Shown piece after piece: positions 10,309 through 20,289 of a stretch of DNA of 64,000 nucleotides. The DNA is from an uncultured Candidatus Saccharibacteria bacterium (GTDB taxonomy: Bacteria > Patescibacteriota > Saccharimonadia > Saccharimonadales > AWTP1-31), in NCBI GenBank assembly GCA_937903325.1, contig CALCZR010000058.1:129034-193033 (forward strand), written 5' to 3'. How positions within the stretch are numbered: the first letter of the stretch is position 1; every line of letters starts with the position of its first letter. A program made the position numbers and the translations under genes. Under the pieces are notes generated by a model, which was given only the letters and a program-made list of their open reading frames with translations, searched no databases and was not told the DNA's origin.

Positions 10309-11748
10309 ATGAAAACTGTACGAACTCGTTTTGCACCTAGTCCAACTGGCTACCTACACGTAGGTGGTATTCGTACGGCATTGTTTGCATGGCTTATAGC
10401 GAGGCAGGCTAAGGGAACTTTTATACTTCGCCTCGAAGACACCGACAAGGTAAGGGAAGTAGAAGGCAGTGGTGAACATATTCAAGAATCTCTGCGTTGG
10501 CTAGGACTCGAGTGGGATGAAGGCATATCAGTTGGGGGCAATCATGGTCCCTATAAGCAAAGCGAACGACTCGATACCTACAAGCCATGGGCTCAGAAGC
10601 TCCTCGACGCCGGCCGCGCCTATGTAGACCCATACACGCCAGAAGAAGTGCAAGCCTTCCGTGAACAAGCGCAAGCCGCCAAGAAACCATTCCTGTACCG
10701 CAATCACCGTCCTGAGAACTTATCTACCGACTGGGATGGCACGAAGCCACTGCGCTTTAAGTCAGACCCTAAAGCTTACCAGTGGAACGATGCCGTTATG
10801 GGAGATCTCCACGCTGGACCCGAGGCTATTGATGATTTCATTCTTATAAAATCAGACGGATACCCAACGTACAACTTCTGCCATATTATTGATGACTACC
10901 TCATGGAGTGCACTCATGTTACACGTAGCCAAGAATTCCTATCTAGTGTTCCGAAGTTTCTCAACCTCTACGAAGCGCTCGATATCGCACGGCCGATATT
11001 AGCTACAATGCCATACGTCTTAGGACCTGATGGTAAAAAGAAACTGAGTAAGAGGGATGGTGCCAAAGATGTCCTCGACTATGCTCGAGAAGGCTATCTG
11101 CCGGAAGCAATGGTCAATTTTATGGCGACGCTTGGCTGGAACGACGGCACCGAGCAAGAAGTCTTTAGCGAAGACGAACTCATCCAGAAGTTTAGTCTCG
11201 ATCGCGTCCAGAAAAGTGGTGCCCGCTTTGATGAACAGCGTTTACTGTGGCTCAACGGCGCGCACATCCGCGGCCTAACTCTAGACGACCTGTATGCCCG
11301 TACAGAAGGCTTCTGGCCAGAGAATAGCGGAGGATTCAGCGAAGACTACCGCAAGGCCGTCCTAGCCATTACCCAGGAACGCCTCAAGATTTTTAGTGAA
11401 CTACCAGAACTAACTGAATTCTTCTTTAGCGAACCGTCAGCGGATGCCGTCCGAACCCTCCTGAACGATCCCAAGAATAAACAACTCAAGAAGTTATCCG
11501 AGGAAGAGAAGAAAGACCTGTTACGAGCAGTTGTGCAAGAACTACAAAACTCCGATTTTAGCGTGGGCGATCTAGAGAATCGCTTGAATAGCCTGCTCGA
11601 AAAACTAGATACCAAGCCAGGTATTCTGTTTAGCCTCGTGCGTATTGCAACAACCGGTGCGCCGTTCTCACCGGGTTTGTTTGACACACTCCATGTACTA
11701 GGTAAAGACAAAAGCCTGAGCCGACTCAATACTGCTATTAGTTCATAG
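10309..11748 (+). CDS. gltX: Glutamate--tRNA ligase
   Basis: RFAPSPTGYLHVGG (HIGH) and KLSKRDG (KMSKS). Confidence 0.95.
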   Translation: MKTVRTRFAPSPTGYLHVGGIRTALFAWLIARQAKGTFILRLEDTDKVREVEGSGEHIQESLRWLGLEWDEGISVGGNHGPYKQSERLDTYKPWAQKLLDAGRAYVDPYTPEEVQAFREQAQAAKKPFLYRNHRPENLSTDWDGTKPLRFKSDPKAYQWNDAVMGDLHAGPEAIDDFILIKSDGYPTYNFCHIIDDYLMECTHVTRSQEFLSSVPKFLNLYEALDIARPILATMPYVLGPDGKKKLSKRDGAKDVLDYAREGYLPEAMVNFMATLGWNDGTEQEVFSEDELIQKFSLDRVQKSGARFDEQRLLWLNGAHIRGLTLDDLYARTEGFWPENSGGFSEDYRKAVLAITQERLKIFSELPELTEFFFSEPSADAVRTLLNDPKNKQLKKLSEEEKKDLLRAVVQELQNSDFSVGDLENRLNSLLEKLDTKPGILFSLVRIATTGAPFSPGLFDTLHVLGKDKSLSRLNTAISS

Positions 11749-11800
11749 ATCACGGGAAGACTGAGCAAAAGTAAGCATAAGCTCTGATACAATAGATGGC

Positions 11801-13063
11801 ATGAATAACGACTTTGTCTTTAAGCCAAAACAAACACCCCGGCCACCAAAACCAGAAGAACCAGAGCTAGAAGACAGCGAAGCTCCGTCCGAAGATGGGC
11901 ATGAAAGCGTAGATACGTCTTCTGAAGACGACAGTAACATTCCAACAGAAGATTCACCGGCACCAGAAAAAGAGCCAAAGTCCAAGGAAAAGAAAACACG
12001 TCGCAGCCCTAAGCAATGGTTCTTGGATCTTACTAAGAAGCAGAAGATCCTTCTGGGTATAAGTACCGGGCTGTTCCTAGCCGGCCTAATCGTGCTAGGT
12101 CTTGTAGTATTTGGTGGGAGTAAGAAAGCAGACGCTCCAGCCAAGAAGCAGGCAGCCGTGAAGAAGGTAGAGAAGCCCAAGACCGAAGCCAGTAAGCTGA
12201 CTGGTGTACAAATCTCACCAGAACTCAACAAGCGGAGCATTACGGGGATCATGATCGAGAACAGCCTGGACGCCCGTCCACAAGCTGGCCTCAAGGATGC
12301 TGGCGTCGTATACGAAGCCATTGCCGAAGGTGGTATTACCCGCTTCTTGACCCTATTCCAAGAAGGACAGCCAGACTACATTGGTCCCGTGCGTAGCGTA
12401 CGACCATACTACCTGGACTGGGTACAGGGCTTTGACGCCCCCATAGCTCATGCTGGAGGCAGCACCGACGCCCTCGCTAAACTCCGCGCAGACGGAGTCA
12501 AGGACCTCGACCAGTTTGCCAACGGTAATTCCTACACACGTGTAAACAACCGAGAGGCACCACACAATTTGTATACCGGCACCGCACAAATGGATGCCCT
12601 AAAGACTGCAAAAGGCTTTACCACCAGTACCTTTACCAGTCTTGCTCGTAAGAAAGAACAGCCAAACAAGACCCCAACGGCAAAAACAGTTGACCTGGTT
12701 ATTTCCAGTACCGACTTCAACCCACACTACGACTATGACGCCAAGACAAACAGCTACAAGCGAAGCGAGGGTGGTGCACCACACACCGACGAACGATCCG
12801 GTGCACAACTCAGCCCTAAGGTCGTAATAGCCCTTGTTATGTCACAAGGCCGACAAGGAGTGTATACAACATATAACGCTATTGGCTCTGGCGCGTGCTT
12901 TATCTTCCAGGACGGTATCGTTACCGAAGGGACTTGGATCAAGGCTAATGCCAAAGACCAGACCACCTTCAAGGACGCTCGAGGGGAAGAAATAAAGCTC
13001 AACCCAGGCCAAACCTGGATTAGCACTGTTGGCTCAAGTGGTGCGGTCACCTACGCTCCGTAA
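11801..13063 (+). CDS. DUF3048-like secreted/membrane-anchored protein
   Basis: Acidic N-terminus, a TM segment, then GIMIENSLDARPQAGLKDAGVVYEAIAEGGITRFLTLFQ, characteristic of the DUF3048 (YerB-like) family. Confidence 0.65.
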   Translation: MNNDFVFKPKQTPRPPKPEEPELEDSEAPSEDGHESVDTSSEDDSNIPTEDSPAPEKEPKSKEKKTRRSPKQWFLDLTKKQKILLGISTGLFLAGLIVLGLVVFGGSKKADAPAKKQAAVKKVEKPKTEASKLTGVQISPELNKRSITGIMIENSLDARPQAGLKDAGVVYEAIAEGGITRFLTLFQEGQPDYIGPVRSVRPYYLDWVQGFDAPIAHAGGSTDALAKLRADGVKDLDQFANGNSYTRVNNREAPHNLYTGTAQMDALKTAKGFTTSTFTSLARKKEQPNKTPTAKTVDLVISSTDFNPHYDYDAKTNSYKRSEGGAPHTDERSGAQLSPKVVIALVMSQGRQGVYTTYNAIGSGACFIFQDGIVTEGTWIKANAKDQTTFKDARGEEIKLNPGQTWISTVGSSGAVTYAP

Positions 13064-13112
13064 GTCAGCTTACTTTTACGACAATCCCTACCAGGCCCTG
13101 TAAAATAGGTAT

Positions 13113-13454
13113 ATGGACCATGAGGAGTTAGTTGAAAGCGGCGTATCCGAACATACCGGGTTTCCTAATGCTGCCACCGACCAGCGACTGTCACCGTTAG
13201 ATCTTTCTAAGTTACTCGTACGGCATCCCTCTAGTACGTTCTACATGCGCATTGCTGGAGACAGCGGAGTGGAGGAAGGTATTTATTCTGGGGACATTGC
13301 TGTTATTGACCGAGCCCTGGCTCCTAAGAAAAGTGACCTTGTTATATGGTGGGATGACGCTTTTATGATCAGCCGAGCAGGTAAACTACCTCCTAAAGTC
13401 ATCCCGTGGGGTGTTATCACCTACATTATTCATGAGTATCGAGGCAAGACATAA
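13113..13454 (+). CDS. umuD: UmuD-like S24 peptidase (LexA-type C-terminal domain only)
   Basis: GFPNAA motif, Ser in IAGDSG and Lys in APKKSDLV. Its stop overlaps the start of the polymerase gene (ATAATG). Confidence 0.7.
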   Translation: MDHEELVESGVSEHTGFPNAATDQRLSPLDLSKLLVRHPSSTFYMRIAGDSGVEEGIYSGDIAVIDRALAPKKSDLVIWWDDAFMISRAGKLPPKVIPWGVITYIIHEYRGKT

Positions 13455-14740
13455 TGAGTCAAGCGGTCTTTGCATTAGTAGATTGCAACAACTTCTTCGC
13501 AAGTTGTGAACGTATCTTTCGTCCTGACTTAGAAGGCAAGCCCGTCGTAGTCCTGAGCAGTAACGACGGCTGCGCCGTAGCCCGCAGCAACGAAGCCAAG
13601 GCTCTTGGTATCCCCATGGGCGCTCCGGCGTTTAAGTACCGGGAGCTCTTTAAGCGGGAAGGGGTAACCCAGTTTTCCGCTAACTTTGAATTGTACGGAG
13701 ACGTCTCTAAACGTATCATCCGAATCCTCACTGAACTTACTCCACGAGCCGAAATCTACAGCATCGACGAAGCCTTCCTGGAGCTTTCGCAGCTAGCCAA
13801 CACCGATTACCAAGCAGTGGCTCAGATCCTCAAGCAACGTATCTGGAATGAAGTTGGCATTCCGGTCTCTATTGGTATTGCGAGCAGCAAGACTCTAGCC
13901 AAATTAGCAAGTGACTATGCTAAATCCCATCCTGAGGCGGACGGGGTCGTAGACCTGACGAGCACTGAAAGTGATTTGTACCACAAAGTACTAGATGAAG
14001 CTAAGATTGAGCACGTCTGGGGAGTGGGCTGGCGGCTTGGCCCCAAGCTCCGCAGTGAAGGCATGGCAACGGCAGCCGACTTAAGTAACTTACGCCTGCA
14101 ACGAGCACGACAACTCATGGGTGTCCGCGGAGAGCAAATGGTCCGCGAACTCAAAGGAGAAACTTGTTTTGGGTTGCAGCTACTGGACGCTAAACCTAAA
14201 AGCATTGCTCGCACCCGCACCTTTGGCGAAGATACCAGTGAATTCCATGTTATCGAATCAGCGCTCGCCAGCTTTGCTACCCAGGCAGCGTACAGACTAC
14301 GAGCCTCTGACCAGGTAACTCGTCGGGCGGGGTTGTTCGCTATGACAAACAAACACAAGCCCGGCTTTAAGACCTGGAGTCGGGAAGTGGTATTTAATAC
14401 ACCGACAGCCGATACCGGCACCCTTATCCAAACCCTTGTAACCCTCATGGCCGATATTTTCGAACCGTCTCAGAAATATCACCGTGCCGGAGTATGGCTG
14501 CATGACTTTAAACCAGCTGGCTACCTACAAACAGATATCCTCGGTTTGGCAGACGCGGAACAGCACGACCGTTCTGCGCAGCGCATGGAGTCCTTTGACG
14601 CCGTTAACAAACGCTTCGGGCGCGGTACCATTCGATATGCCGCAGAGGATCTAGCCGAGAAGTGGCAACCCATTCGTAAACTGCGTAGCCCTCGCTATAC
14701 CACCGAGTGGGATGAACTGCCTATAGCCCAGTTCCGCTAA
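13454..14740 (+). CDS. umuC: Y-family translesion DNA polymerase (UmuC-like)
   Basis: FALVDCNNFFASCE, SIDEAFL and the VWGVG motif. Confidence 0.85.
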   Translation: MSQAVFALVDCNNFFASCERIFRPDLEGKPVVVLSSNDGCAVARSNEAKALGIPMGAPAFKYRELFKREGVTQFSANFELYGDVSKRIIRILTELTPRAEIYSIDEAFLELSQLANTDYQAVAQILKQRIWNEVGIPVSIGIASSKTLAKLASDYAKSHPEADGVVDLTSTESDLYHKVLDEAKIEHVWGVGWRLGPKLRSEGMATAADLSNLRLQRARQLMGVRGEQMVRELKGETCFGLQLLDAKPKSIARTRTFGEDTSEFHVIESALASFATQAAYRLRASDQVTRRAGLFAMTNKHKPGFKTWSREVVFNTPTADTGTLIQTLVTLMADIFEPSQKYHRAGVWLHDFKPAGYLQTDILGLADAEQHDRSAQRMESFDAVNKRFGRGTIRYAAEDLAEKWQPIRKLRSPRYTTEWDELPIAQFR

Positions 14741-14760
14741 AGCCAGTTATACTAACTGTA

Positions 14761-16206
14761 ATGAAAGTTAAGTTACAGAAGTTAAACCCATTACAGATGC
14801 CACGCGTGCGCAAGCTGACTGGAAGGCTACGACGCCTTAACCGCAAGAAGGTGCTAGTAGTTACCGGGCTTGTAACTGGACTCTTCTTAGTCGCTAACTT
14901 CATTATATTTGCCTACTACCAGAACCGAGTTCTGCCCAACAGTACCCTTGCCGGACAGAGCATAGGCAACAAATCCTTCACGCAGGTTCGTGACATGCAA
15001 CTGCTGCCGTCCACCATAACGTTTACCACGAACTATCTTAGTACAGACAAGCAAGTCAGCCAGAAAGTTACAACCAAAGAGCTTGGCATGCAGATTAATT
15101 GGGATTGGGTGAGTGGATATCTCAAAGAAGATCGGTCGTGGCTGCCACTGGCCAATCTATTCGGCAAACACACCTACTACACATCCGTTGACTACGACCA
15201 GAAGCAGTTCGACGGAGCACTCAATAAACTGAGCAAAACCTTTAACCGTGCGAGTGTCGACTGGACCATTGACGTTTCCGGTGACAGTGCTAAGCTGGTC
15301 GCTGGCAAGAACGGATATTCCATTAGTAAGAGCGGGGTAGTACAAGCCATCCAACTCTATATTGGCGAGGACCCAATCTGGATGCCCCTCGATACCATTA
15401 CCCCTAAGGTCACCAGCAAAGATCTGGAGCCAGTAGCTAAGCAGCTAACCAGTAAGCAAGCAGTGGAACTCCAGTATAGCTACAATGGCACAACCAAGAA
15501 GGTAAGTTCCAAAGACATCCTGTCATGGTACGACATATCCGGAACAAAGGCGTCCGTTAACTCAGGTAAGGTTTCTGCATATATTAGTAGCTTGGGGACT
15601 GGGCTTGGTATACGAGTGCAGAATCTGAGCCAGCTAACCGTAGACACGGTGAGTGCATTAGACAAGCAGACAAAACTCAGCGTCACACTGGTAGCTGCAC
15701 CAAAGCTGGTTAAGAACTATACCTTCTGTGTGCGAGCGCGTAATGTTAGCGAAGGGGAGTTGCCAGCCTTTGCAGCTAAGCTGACGAGCACCCTCAATGA
15801 TCCACGTGGTTGGTCACTGGATGGACAGGTCAGCTTTACACAGGTAGAAAGTGGCTGCAATATGGTGGCTTGGCTGTCGAGCGCGACTGACATGCCGAGC
15901 TTTGGAGCTATTTGCGATAGCGACTGGAGTTGCACGGTGTCACCCAACGTCATTATTAACTACGACCGCTGGCGCTATGCCAGTGACGCCTGGAACGGCG
16001 CTAACGGAAGCCTCGACGACTACCGTTCCATGGTCATCAACCATGAGTCTGGTCATTGGCTTGGTTTTGACCACCGCTACTGCGGTGGCGCAGGGCAACC
16101 AGCACCCGTAATGCAGCAGCAATCTATTAGCTTGCAGGGCTGTACCTTTAACCCATGGCCAAATGAGGCTGAGAAGAATACCTTAAAGGCGCAGTTGGGT
16201 ATTTAG
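14761..16206 (+). CDS. Membrane-anchored putative zinc metallopeptidase (DUF3152-like C-terminus)
   Basis: N-terminal TM; C-terminal YRSMVINHESGHWLGFDHRYC (HExxH) and PVMQQQ. Confidence 0.5.
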   Translation: MKVKLQKLNPLQMPRVRKLTGRLRRLNRKKVLVVTGLVTGLFLVANFIIFAYYQNRVLPNSTLAGQSIGNKSFTQVRDMQLLPSTITFTTNYLSTDKQVSQKVTTKELGMQINWDWVSGYLKEDRSWLPLANLFGKHTYYTSVDYDQKQFDGALNKLSKTFNRASVDWTIDVSGDSAKLVAGKNGYSISKSGVVQAIQLYIGEDPIWMPLDTITPKVTSKDLEPVAKQLTSKQAVELQYSYNGTTKKVSSKDILSWYDISGTKASVNSGKVSAYISSLGTGLGIRVQNLSQLTVDTVSALDKQTKLSVTLVAAPKLVKNYTFCVRARNVSEGELPAFAAKLTSTLNDPRGWSLDGQVSFTQVESGCNMVAWLSSATDMPSFGAICDSDWSCTVSPNVIINYDRWRYASDAWNGANGSLDDYRSMVINHESGHWLGFDHRYCGGAGQPAPVMQQQSISLQGCTFNPWPNEAEKNTLKAQLGI

Positions 16207-16215
16207 GTATATGTT

Positions 16216-16644
16216 ATGAAGATACATCTTATTACCATTGGTGAACCAAAACTCGCGTATGCCCAGTCTGGTTGGGCTGAATATACTAAACGGTTGGCAC
16301 ACTACCACCAACTTCGGGTGACGCATCTAGCAGATAAACAAAATACCGCAGAGAACATTCTAGCAGCCGCTGGCAAAGCATACATTGTGGCGCTCGTCAT
16401 AGAAGGTGAGCAGCTATCTAGTCACCAGCTGGCTGAGCTCCTGGAAAGGCGAGCTCAGACCGGGCAGGAACTGTGCTTTATAATCGGGGGCCCAGATGGA
16501 CTACAAAAAGAAGTGAGAACAGCAGCTCAGATGCAGCTGAGTTTCTCTAAGCTAACGTTCCCCCATGATCTGGCCATGGTAGTCCTAGCTGAAACACTGT
16601 ACCGAGCCAGCACTATTAATGCTGGATTACCGTACCACCACTAA
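16216..16644 (+). CDS. rlmH: 23S rRNA (pseudouridine1915-N3)-methyltransferase
   Basis: SPOUT RlmH pattern: MKIHLITIGEPK, FIIGGPDGL, LSFSKLTFPH. Confidence 0.9.
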   Translation: MKIHLITIGEPKLAYAQSGWAEYTKRLAHYHQLRVTHLADKQNTAENILAAAGKAYIVALVIEGEQLSSHQLAELLERRAQTGQELCFIIGGPDGLQKEVRTAAQMQLSFSKLTFPHDLAMVVLAETLYRASTINAGLPYHH

Positions 16645-16704
16645 GTCTGCTCTAGTGAAAATGTTTTCACTGCTTTTGTAGTCGACTCCCAGGATACTGA
16701 GGAC

Positions 16705-17511
16705 ATGACCAATCCAGACATACCTCAGACACTAAATCTACCAATCTACAGCTTCCCAGATGGACCTGTTCTCAGTAAAGAAACGGATCCATCTGTGATT
16801 AAGATACTTGAAGGACCAAATTACGTGGCAGGTACCAGGGTGTTCGAGCAGCAACGAGCTGGCGCGGAGATTATCGATCATGTCATGGATGCCGTCGTTC
16901 GTGAAGAAATTGAGCTTACTGATGACTTTGCACGGGTTATGTCCTGTTTTGTTTTGGGCTCTGGGATAGTTCACCTCAAACAGCAGCTCTGGCGTGGAGC
17001 AGAGCCTGTTCTGGATCGCAAAATTGATATTCCTCGACTGTACAACCCTCGACGTGGTGCAATAAAGCAACCAGAAGAAGTTATCGGCATGGCCACTATA
17101 GCACTTGCACCGCTTGGGCTTTATGCATCCCGAGCTGTAAGAGAACACGGGGAAGGTGGTATACGACGAGAAACCCACCACGACCTTGGTTATAGCGCCG
17201 CACACGCTGCACTTACACTATGGAGCGTTGGCCTGGCTCGCCACCGCAAAGCAGAGCATTCACAACTGACTACCGAATTAGAAGCCCAAATGGCCGTCAA
17301 GTTTGATAGTCACGCTGCCATTAACGCCAGTCGAGCCCTCGGTTGGTCAATGGGCGGACTCCTTACGCTAGCTACACTGGGAGACCCTGACAGTAAAATC
17401 GCCGGAATAATGCGTACCGAAACGGTTGGTTCCACACAGGAAACGCAACTTCTCAAAGATCTGTGGGCTTCTACACCCACCATCCGACAGGCAATGCGTC
17501 AGTCAGCCTGA
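16705..17511 (+). CDS. Hypothetical protein (268 aa)
   Basis: Supported by the ORF only. Confidence 0.5.
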   Translation: MTNPDIPQTLNLPIYSFPDGPVLSKETDPSVIKILEGPNYVAGTRVFEQQRAGAEIIDHVMDAVVREEIELTDDFARVMSCFVLGSGIVHLKQQLWRGAEPVLDRKIDIPRLYNPRRGAIKQPEEVIGMATIALAPLGLYASRAVREHGEGGIRRETHHDLGYSAAHAALTLWSVGLARHRKAEHSQLTTELEAQMAVKFDSHAAINASRALGWSMGGLLTLATLGDPDSKIAGIMRTETVGSTQETQLLKDLWASTPTIRQAMRQSA

Positions 17512-18170
17512 AGTGTCTGTTCGATATAAAAGGGTTCGTTGCGTTGGCAATAGTCAGCCAGAATGGTCATGTTAGGTAGCATTTCCTTAGCAGCAAAGTC
17601 AGGACTAGTTTGCCAGATATAGTCAGCAAACTCGTCGTTTACGTTGAGGTCTCCGCTCGCGTCGTCACAGACAAGTAGGGTGAAGTGAGTAAAGCTTTCT
17701 AAGTCATCTTGGTCGAAGACTCTGAAGTATCCACCACCAAGAGCCCTAAATTTACCAGTTAATCCGGTCTTTTCCTTGAGCACGCGCCGTGCCGTTTCAG
17801 TGGTTTGCTCATTAGCCACCGGCGTAGCGTGCATAAAACCCGTTCGCCCTATGAGCGGATGAGTGTTGCGAGTATACAGCAGCCAGGTGTCATCTGCCGC
17901 TTTTCGTACGGCCATGAATAACACTGAGTAGGCTTGGTCTACGATTGCCTGTCCGTTATTGAGGGCATGGATACCCAGCTTGCGACCTTGGGGTGTCAAA
18001 GCATATTGGCCACCTTCGTTCTTGACTACAAAGCCAGCTTTTATGACTTTCTTTAGATGGTAGTCGAATAGCTTGTTCTCGATGTCTGCCGGCTTGAGTT
18101 CACTAAAACGCAGACTAGGGGAGAAGGCCAGGCGGTAGACGATGTTTCGTTGTATGTGATGGTCGAGCAT
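17499..18170 (-). CDS. Winged-HTH plus degenerate Nudix-like domain protein
   Basis: N-terminal wHTH-like RFSELKPADIENKLFDYHLKKVIKAGFV. The central ARRVLKEKTGL resembles a degenerate Nudix box. Confidence 0.45.
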   Translation of the reverse strand: MLDHHIQRNIVYRLAFSPSLRFSELKPADIENKLFDYHLKKVIKAGFVVKNEGGQYALTPQGRKLGIHALNNGQAIVDQAYSVLFMAVRKAADDTWLLYTRNTHPLIGRTGFMHATPVANEQTTETARRVLKEKTGLTGKFRALGGGYFRVFDQDDLESFTHFTLLVCDDASGDLNVNDEFADYIWQTSPDFAAKEMLPNMTILADYCQRNEPFYIEQTLQAD

Positions 18171-18199
18171 AGGCCTAGTATAACTCCCTGAGCTTATGA

Positions 18200-19333
18200 T
18201 TACTTGCGGCGTGGACCTCGCCCAGTAAAAATATCTGCGTACCGCTGGCGACTCGGCACATCCTGAGCATCTTCAACAGCCCACAGTATCGCAAGACTAG
18301 ACTCCGCGGTCATAGGGTAGGGCAGTTCTTCTAGCTGGGCGAGTGTCAGTCGACCTCGTGTACCTTTATAAATAGTCTCAGCCATTTCCTGTCTGGCTGC
18401 AATGTCTTGAATACCAACATTTGCATAGTCAACCCACATACGAAAGTAGTGTTCAGGAGGAATACCTAGCTCCCGTGCTATTAGTTCAAGGGCTATTGCT
18501 GCCGGGCTAGACGCAGACCAGGTGTTCTTATTAGGAGTGTCAGTCGACCTCGCGTACGAGGCGACCATATCAGGCATATCTGTACCACCTTCGCTATACC
18601 GCGTCGGCACCAACCTGAGCCTTCGGTTTACAAAAGATGCGACACCCTCTGCTACCGCCTCTTCTAGAATAGTACCTCTCTCCAAACCATCCGATCCGGT
18701 ATAGGTTAGCCCTCCGATCACTGGAATCCAATCATGTCTGATACTGTGCCCCATGCCACCATCTAGTTTAGTCGTTGCGCGTAATGCGAACCCAACCTTA
18801 GACATCCCGCAGTGACCAAACTCATGGAGTAACGCCCAAGCCGTTGGATTTTCGGCCGGAAGACTGACCCTTGCCGCTAACTTATTTGAACTACCGCCCC
18901 AAGAAACATCCTTATCTTCCACTTCATCATAAAGCTCATGGGGCTGCAATCCCGTTAGAGTATAGAATCGCCCAAGCTGTACTGCATTTTCCTCGTAAGA
19001 TAGGTCTGCAGCCTCCGCGATGTCAGTGACAGGATCAATCTGCCGGTATATTACTGACGGTAGTCCGGGGTTAATGCCATCGGAGGCATCCACAAAACGA
19101 TCTAATAGAAATTGCAGACTGGGCCGGTGTCTCTCCGGCAGGTCTACAAAAGGGCGTAACTCATCACTCGGCTGCAACTCACCTTCTACGAAGTCATTAA
19201 AACTATCAAGTGTTTCCTGATCCGTCGCGTACTCACCCTGGGCAGTTCCTATCCCTCTGTCTAAAAGTGGAGCTACGATAAAGCAGGGTTCTTCAAACTC
19301 TGTAGCAAAACTACCAATACCTGCGTGTCTCAT
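18200..19333 (-). CDS. Hypothetical protein with HExxH motif
   Basis: WALLHEFGHCG is a possible zinc metalloprotease motif; otherwise unrecognised. Confidence 0.5.
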   Translation of the reverse strand: MRHAGIGSFATEFEEPCFIVAPLLDRGIGTAQGEYATDQETLDSFNDFVEGELQPSDELRPFVDLPERHRPSLQFLLDRFVDASDGINPGLPSVIYRQIDPVTDIAEAADLSYEENAVQLGRFYTLTGLQPHELYDEVEDKDVSWGGSSNKLAARVSLPAENPTAWALLHEFGHCGMSKVGFALRATTKLDGGMGHSIRHDWIPVIGGLTYTGSDGLERGTILEEAVAEGVASFVNRRLRLVPTRYSEGGTDMPDMVASYARSTDTPNKNTWSASSPAAIALELIARELGIPPEHYFRMWVDYANVGIQDIAARQEMAETIYKGTRGRLTLAQLEELPYPMTAESSLAILWAVEDAQDVPSRQRYADIFTGRGPRRK

Positions 19334-19408
19334 GCTAAAAACAACTTTAACATGATTCTAAATATTTACAATGGCACCACAGTATCAATTATCTTAGAAG
19401 GCACCACG

Positions 19409-19440
19409 AAAAAAGCCCAAACCTTTGGCTTGAGCTTTTT
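19409..19440 (-). terminator. Weak hairpin with flanking T-runs; candidate original terminator of tRNA-Glu, displaced by the insertion
   Basis: AGCC(C)AA/TTGGCT stem with ACCT loop. On the minus strand it is followed by TTTTTT and lies immediately 3' of the 16-bp tRNA-end repeat. Confidence 0.4.
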
Positions 19441-19443
19441 GCG

Positions 19444-19459
19444 TGGTGACCTCACCGGG
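19444..19459. repeat. att core, left copy (TGGTGACCTCACCGGG)
   Basis: Exact 16-bp match to 48316-48331, which is the 3' end (including CCA) of tRNA-Glu on the minus strand. Confidence 0.6.
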
Positions 19460-19569
19460 GTTGGAGCGGAACACCCTAAGCTTACAGGAACTGGATGAGA
19501 AGCTTGAAGAGCTAGGTCTCGTTGAAATAAATGGTAAGATCGTCCTTATAGACAGCGAGGAGACTCGCA

Positions 19570-20052
19570 ATGTTTAATTTACTGCGCCGCAACCAATCAC
19601 CCCTCGACCTGCTAACGTCAAAACTACTCAATGAAGAGACGTTTTATCCTATGTTTACCAAAGATTTAAACAAATGCTCACAGGAGGTAATCATTGAGTC
19701 ACCATTTGTGACGAACAGACGTCTTTCGCAATTGCTACCAACTTTACAGAAACTCAAAGACCGCAAAGTACGAGTAATAATTAATACTCGTGATCCGATT
19801 GAGCACGATGATGAGTACCAAAGAGGAGATGCTCATAGTGCCATTGCAGCGTTGCAGCGAATTGGCGTTCAGGTTCTATATACAGCCGGGCATCATAGAA
19901 AGATAGTAATCCTCGATCGACAAATACTTTACGAAGGTTCACTCAATGTTCTATCCCAAAACGATAGCTGTGAAGTAATGCGACGAGTCGAATCTTCTCA
20001 GCTAGCATGGCAAATGGCCAGATTTGTCGGAATTGATAAGTTCTTAGGCTGA
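19570..20052 (+). CDS. PLD-family (single HKD motif) nuclease, Nuc-like
   Basis: HRKIVILDRQILYEGSLN matches HxK(x)4D(x)6GSxN exactly. Confidence 0.8.
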   Translation: MFNLLRRNQSPLDLLTSKLLNEETFYPMFTKDLNKCSQEVIIESPFVTNRRLSQLLPTLQKLKDRKVRVIINTRDPIEHDDEYQRGDAHSAIAALQRIGVQVLYTAGHHRKIVILDRQILYEGSLNVLSQNDSCEVMRRVESSQLAWQMARFVGIDKFLG

Positions 20053-20058
20053 TATACT

Positions 20059-20289
20059 ATGCGTATGCAAGGCTACAGACTAAATGACGAAGATACTGAC
20101 GCCATGGTGCGCTGGCTGAAGCTGAATCACCCAGAAAATGCTAATCGTGAGTACGCAGAATCTATGTTGATAGCAATGAAGCTCGCCTACAGGGAAATAG
20201 GCTGGAGTGATCCGGATGCGTTAGAAGGTTTTTACCAAGAATATATTAAGAAGCTGGCCGATCAAAACGGTAAAACATCTGAAGAGTGA
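20059..20289 (+). CDS. Hypothetical protein (76 aa)
   Basis: Supported by the ORF only; its 3' end overlaps the convergent XRE gene. Confidence 0.4.
   Translation: MRMQGYRLNDEDTDAMVRWLKLNHPENANREYAESMLIAMKLAYREIGWSDPDALEGFYQEYIKKLADQNGKTSEE

Noticed and set aside
11743-12321. 192-aa minus-strand ORF overlapping the DUF3048 gene start; similar antisense ORFs at 49897..50274, 50256..50606, 59369..60016 and 13915..14448
   Set aside because: Each is antisense to a confidently assigned gene on the other strand and has Ser/Arg/Leu-rich shadow-ORF composition.
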